Part shown: in pieces, positions 58,520-64,000 of the stretch | Position numbering within the stretch: position 1 is the stretch's first letter | How the letters are laid out: each line of letters starts with the position of its first letter | Assembly (NCBI GenBank): GCA_001600815.1 | Contig: BCKZ01000003.1 | Span: 1,227,474 to 1,291,473, forward strand | Length of the DNA stretch: 64,000 bases | Origin: Alloascoidea hylecoeti | Taxonomy: Eukaryota | Reading direction: 5' to 3' | The notes under the pieces: model-generated | The model's database searches: none | The model's input: the letters and a program-made list of their open reading frames with translations, nothing else | Told to the model about the DNA's origin: nothing | Position numbers and translations under genes: made by a program

Positions 58520-59860
58520 TAAATAATAAAATTATTGTTAGTATTTATTTGAAATACCAAACATTTTTCAAATTACATCTTTACTTTTAAGTTATAGTGA
58601 ATTCGAAGACATTTAAAATATTTCTAGAGTTAAGTCTTTAAATATGAAATTCTACGATCTAAAGATATAAATGTTCATAATTTGAGAAATGTTAAAAGAT
58701 CCTTTAAATATTATTATTCTAAGTGGAATTAGATTTCTAGGAGGAGAAAAGCATTAATTATACACAATTATCAGTAGAGTAGATAACAAAGATAGATATC
58801 GATGTGTGCTGGAAGCTTGGACCTAATGAAGTCAATACGCCAAACGCTCACAAAACAAAATATCAAACATATATATTATAAGAGGTTTGATAATAGTTGA
58901 AACTATTGAATAAAAATACTCATTAAATATAATTGAGTTAAATTATATTAATATTAATATTAATATTAGTAGGATAAAATGCTTTTTAAGTTTTTTATAA
59001 GTTATAATTCACTAACAATAAAAGGTTGAAATTATTAATTAAAATTTCTTTAATTAACAACAATTAATGAAATTTTTTATTTTATTTTAAATTCTTTATA
59101 ATTTTTATTTTTAAATATATAGATTTATAATTTGAATTTATTTTAAATTCTTTAATATAATTTTTAGATTATTTAAAATAATACATTCTTGATTAAACAG
59201 AAATGATTCTATTATCAATTATAAATAATAATGAAGGCACTTTACCTATACCGTGTAAAAAGCATTTGATAATTTTTTGTTCTTCTTTCATTTGTTTGTA
59301 AATACAGAACTGTTACTACTTTTTTACTGTAATTTAATTTGCTATACGATTTAATCGATTTAATCGACATTATTAAAAATTTGATATATTTTTGCATTCA
59401 AACGGAATGGTAATTGATATTCTAAAAAAAGGCGTTCTTTCTGTTGGTAATATCAAGCAATATATTAGTTTAAAATCTGTTAACCTCCAAATTATATAAG
59501 AACGAACCATCAATAACAGATGAGCCAGAAACCAAAATAAATTTTGATATTAAGATCATTTGTTAATTCCAATATTTCCAGTTTAGATAAATTATTTAAA
59601 TCTTAACATTTTGGTTTAGCTAAAAACTCTTAAGAATTGAAAATTTTCTTTATCTTAAATTCTTATTGTCCAATTTGTTGATCAACGCCGTTGAAGTTTA
59701 ATGTAAAAAAATTTATCATTTTTAAAAAACTTTAATCTTGGAACTTTGATCTCCGTAATATCACTATTATCAACCATTTGTTTCCATGAATGAGTAGAGG
59801 TCATTGGTGACAAATCTGAAAAGAATATTTCAGATATTTCATTTAGGGAGATTGGAAACA
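58520..59860 (-). pseudogene. Putative decayed F-box/LRR gene
   Basis: Fragments LNEISEIFFSDLSP, DLNNLSKLEILELTN, PPRNLIPLRI and LTLEIF*MSSNSL separated by many stops. Confidence 0.35.
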
Positions 59861-60340
59861 AATATCAATATTTGAAGTCTCAACTTGTATTTATGTCTAT
59901 TATCCTTTTCCCGCTTTGAATTTATATAAGGCTTACATGCATGGTGATTGACTAAAAACGAAATTAAGTTGGCAAAGAAATTCCCTTACATACGCTCTAT
60001 TTAAAAAGGCTTATATCTAGTTGATGAGTAGTTTTATTTAAGTTTGTTATATGCATATTTGTAGATATATATATATACCTGTATAGTTATAGCTGATGAA
60101 CTACAGAAATGGTAGTATTGATATTTGCTATTTGTTCTTATACTAATCTATTAAATTTTTCCCGTAGATAAAAAAAAAAAAGCGGTGAGTGACACTCTTT
60201 ATAACAGTCAGCGCTTAAGAATATGCATATCTATCCACATTAGGAAATACATTTTATGGAATATAACATTAAAACTTTGTTGAACTTTAGTACCATTTGA
60301 AATACAAGCAGTAAATTCATCTAGTAGATAATACCATTGA

Positions 60341-60593
60341 TGTTGATATTAAAGTAATATATTAATAATGATTAGTAAGTAGAAGATTTCTGCCATTTAT
60401 GGCAATAATTTTATAAATTGGTAATTAATGTTTATTATCTGACATCTTTGAAACGTAGTTATTATCTGTTTATTATTATATATATATATATATATCTGTT
60501 CTATCAAAACAAATGGAAATAGCTAACTATATAATAATTACTAAATGTCGATCCTTACTTAATATATAATCCAACAAAACTTGATACCCAACA
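60341..60593 (-). mobile_element. Ty1/copia-type LTR (253 bp), possibly solo
   Basis: TGTTG...CAACA termini; flanks ATTGA/ATTAA (4/5 match, TSD-like); 60455-60593 is repeated at 62258-62387. Confidence 0.75.
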
Positions 60594-60629
60594 ATTAATA
60601 TTTACTGAATTAATCTTAATCTTTTTTTC

Positions 60630-60810
60630 TCGCTCAAATAAATTAACTATAAATCTTCTAAATTTAATATTTATCAATTCTAGTATCATCTCTTGCAATT
60701 TTTTATTTTTTTAATATTATTAAAGGAATTTTTAAAAATTTGAAGTAAATGGAATGGTTCTTTTTTTGTATCTATTTTGTTTGAGATATTGCTGAATTTG
60801 AATTTTGTTC
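60630..60810 (-). pseudogene. 3' part of unknown ORF 'MED...', copy 2
   Basis: Reverse complement matches ~47660-47825 (tttaaaaattcctttaataatattaaa...aattgcaagaga.gatacta). Confidence 0.6.
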
Positions 60811-60817
60811 TTGATTA

Positions 60818-62409
60818 AGGCTATTGAGGATTTAAATGTCTGGGAACCAATGAAAATTCAAAAGATACCTACAAATACAAACATATTACCTACACAATGG
60901 GTATCGATGATTGGTATTAGCTACTTCCTTATCACTTCTTACCACGCATCTTGCCTTTTCCACCATTGTGTAGGTAATATGTTTGTATTTGTAGGTATCT
61001 TTTGAATTTCCATTGGTTCTCAAACATTTAAATCCTCAATAGCCTGCAATTCATCCAACATAGCAAACTTATACTTATCAAATGTTCAGAGCAGAAATCA
61101 CCAACCCAATGCTTTCACTTGCTGCTTTTTGCATGCTTCTGGTAATTCTCCTATTATTAGTGATTGGAATTCTGACCTCATTGTTATCCATTAAGTAATA
61201 GTGATTTTCCTATATGTGCATATTTAGAATGAACATAATTGATTTTCTTCTCAATATTTAAATTCTTTATGATTCTAGAATCATGAAGACACTGATTACC
61301 ATCACGTCGATAAATACGAGCAACAGCCTTCAATTCATCCTCATAAACATGCCAATCTTATTTCTTGTTTTCCCTAATATAGAAAACTAAATTATGAAGT
61401 TCTCTAGCAGAAATGACGTTCGGGATATTCTTAACCAAAACACATCTTATAAAAACGTATTGTTCTCCTAATAACAATTTCATCTTACCCTGACCATGAA
61501 TCTTCAATACTTCACCAAAAATAGATGTGATTATTGGTAAATCTGCTAAATCTTCAGTAAAATTATGAATATATATACTATTATTTATTATTCCAAAACC
61601 GGCTCCTGAATAAAATCATATCATCCTTTGAATTATTTCCAGTTGTAGCCACCTAAAATTACTTTCAGTATCTTTATAATCTATTTCACTCTTGGTGTTT
61701 TCTTTAGATTTCAATTCCAATAAATATGATCTGAAGAATCACATTTATAGCATCTACGTGGTTCTTTTCTTTGGTTATAAATTCCTCTATTATTATTATT
61801 TTTATAACCACCACAATTATTAATTATTTCTTCCACGATTTGAATTTGTATTATGTTGTTTATTAACCTTTCCAATAACAACTGTATCTTTATCTTTGAT
61901 TGACTCTTCAATATCTAACATCCTATTTAGGATATCCGAATAATCCTTACCATTATTACTGTTAATCAAATCATCGGTGATTCTTTCATAAGGACCTGAT
62001 AATGTACTCAATAATAGTGAATCAGTAATTTCATCGTTCATTTCTAATCCACCACTCTCAAGATCTCGCAAATATTGTTGAAATTTAATCACCATCAAAT
62101 CTTAAACTGATGATCTCTCTTAACAAAATAGGTACTGACTTTTGGTAGTGAAATACCTTCTTCAAGTTCACATAACTTGTTAAAGCACCTTTTCTAACAT
62201 CAATGTAGACCTGTAGATCGACCGCTGTTGATCCCAGCAAAATAGTCATCACATTGTCGTAGTTATTATCTGTTTATTATATATATCTGTTCTATCAAAA
62301 CAAGTGGAAATGGCTAAACTATATAGTAATTACTAAATATCGATCCTTACTTCATAAACTAACCACAACAAACCTTAATATTCAACACAACAAATCTTAA
62401 TCTCCAACA
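60818..62409 (-). mobile_element. Degenerate, internally deleted Ty1/copia retrotransposon
   Basis: Partial 5' LTR at 62258-62409; gag LLLSTLSGPYE; zinc knuckle CYKCDSSDHIYWN*; protease-like SGAG...GQGKM; RT start AMLDELQAIEDLNV..P...ILPTQW..KARCVVR. Confidence 0.85.
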
Positions 62410-62709
62410 TATGAAAATTCCCAAAAATTAGTTATAGATGGATATCTCTGAAGAGAACAAATCAATTATTTTTACGGTAATATATGAAAAGCTTGTTTAT
62501 CGTACTTTTTAACAATGATCACAAACATAATTTCGATACAAAGTATTTTTGCGAGAGAAAATTAAGAGACGTTGCCCATAAATATAGTATCTGTTATATT
62601 ATGATAGACAATTCAGCCGGGTTTATGATAGTATTATTGACATCATCTTAATATGGGCTTTGAGAGAAAAATAAAAGTTGGAGAGTTGCATAGAGATGGC
62701 CATTATTGA

Positions 62710-63046
62710 CTGTAATGATGTCAATAATGAATTCGCAGTTGATGATATTTTAGTAGTCAATTTTGAGAATACACAATACAAGTGAAGTACTATCTTCATT
62801 AGGACATTTTTTCCAATAACAAACTTTTCTTAAAAAACAAATTCTCTGTGAATCATCAACTATCCTACTCGATGGTAATTCCGGTGTAAAAATTATTCTT
62901 AGTGACTTATTCCGTGGTACTGAAAAATCGCTAAAAATACTAGCTGTAGCAAAAAGAGAAGAATTTAAATTTAAATTTTTATAATTAACGTCATTGTTCA
63001 CGTTTCTTTCAAAATCGGTAGTTGATGTTGGAATTATATCTTCCAT
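62710..63046 (-). pseudogene. 5' part of unknown ORF 'MEDIIPTS...NNDVNYKN', copy 2
   Basis: ERNVNNDVNYKNLNLNSSLFAT...LPSSRIVDDSQRI is homologous to 47235-47590(+). Confidence 0.6.
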
Positions 63047-63379
63047 TCTTGCGTATCCAAATTATTCACTTGATTTATTGATTATTGTATCCCTAAATAT
63101 ACCCACAAAAATGATTAGTTATAATCCTAGACATATTGTTTTTTAAAAAATCGTTTGAATTTTTCAATATTATGGCTTTGGGTTAGATATTGTGAATGAT
63201 GATTATAATAGGTATCCAAATTTACTGTTGAATTGTTATCAGATTCATCATGGTTATTGTTATCAATTTTATCATTATTAATCTTCTTATTATTATCCTT
63301 TTTCATTCTTATAATTAATAATAGCACATCCACTTTTTAATTAAGATGAACATGATATTTACTAGATTTTCATAGAAAC

Positions 63380-63560
63380 GAAAGATTTTATAAATCAATT
63401 GCAAGATTTACGAATTATTAAACGTAGTATAAAACATCTATTTGAAATAGCACACACCAAAATTTAATGTCATAATTAACTGTAAACTCATGTATTTCTC
63501 CTCCATCAGAAAATCTTAATATTAATGACAATATTATTCACAACCCATAACTTTAACAAG
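63380..63560 (+). pseudogene. LRR-like coding fragment
   Basis: NQLQDLRIIKRSI and SENLNINDNII fragments; short DNA match to 48376-48398(-). Confidence 0.25.
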
Positions 63561-64000
63561 CACATTTATTTTTATAATAACATTGATATTGAAATCAATC
63601 TGGCTAAAATGAAAAATTAAAAACACTATGCTAAAAGAAAGGGGCAATTGTTCAGATATCATCATTTGGAAGAAGTTAAGCATAAAATAATATTTATTTC
63701 GGTTCGTGATTTCGAATATCTTGGGAAAATCACTTCTTTATATAGATAAACTCGTATCTTTAATTAATATTGCCATTAAAAACGCCGGTAACACAGTGAT
63801 TTTGGTTTTTGGTTGTAGTATTTACAATTATCATTGGCCAATCATTACAAATTACATTTTTTACTTATAAGTTATAATGAAGATATTTAAAATATTTTTA
63901 GAGTTCAGTCTTTTAGTATGAAATTCCACAATCAAAATATAATATTCATAACAGTACTGGAGAATATAGATATTAATCTGCAAATCATGCATTTCTATCT

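Noticed and set aside
1..64000. tRNA, rRNA or snoRNA genes
   Set aside because: No convincing cloverleaf or A/B-box pattern seen by eye; a covariance-model scan would be needed to exclude them.

Overview
AT-rich fungal (yeast-like, probably intron-richer Saccharomycotina) chromosomal DNA. Introns are short (GTAAGT/GTATGT...CTAAC/T...YAG), and conserved Leu positions in VPS55 are encoded by CTG, which points to the standard genetic code. Bases 1-42.5 kb are mostly compact housekeeping genes: UTP20 (5'-partial), an orphan type-I membrane protein, APL3, a TMEM16/IST2 homolog, LHP1, an XRCC2/Rlp1-like Rad51 paralog, ECM3, a GT8 glycosyltransferase, RMR1-like, PDE1, TMEM19/DUF92, a membrane cyclophilin, ALG12, a SAP185/190-family gene, a ChAPs gene, MRPL49 and BCK1. 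MSB1-like, MPM1, VPS55 and a palmitoyl-protein thioesterase lie at 51-58.5 kb. Three gene-poor islands (15.6-18.5, 42.9-51.2, 58.5-64 kb) share decayed duplicated modules: two Bul1-like arrestin pseudogenes, two copies of an unknown ORF, putative F-box/LRR remnants, a shared non-coding module, 23-24 bp arrays, and Ty3/gypsy and Ty1/copia relics (the latter with an 83-bp fold-back). The most notable observations are a sharp GC peak that cuts through three genes and is centred on a GTCACGTG array plus a poly-C tract, an intact Mutator-type zinc-finger gene with no transposase core, and a DFG-to-DFN change in Bck1. All family calls are from motif recognition by eye; no database search was run.
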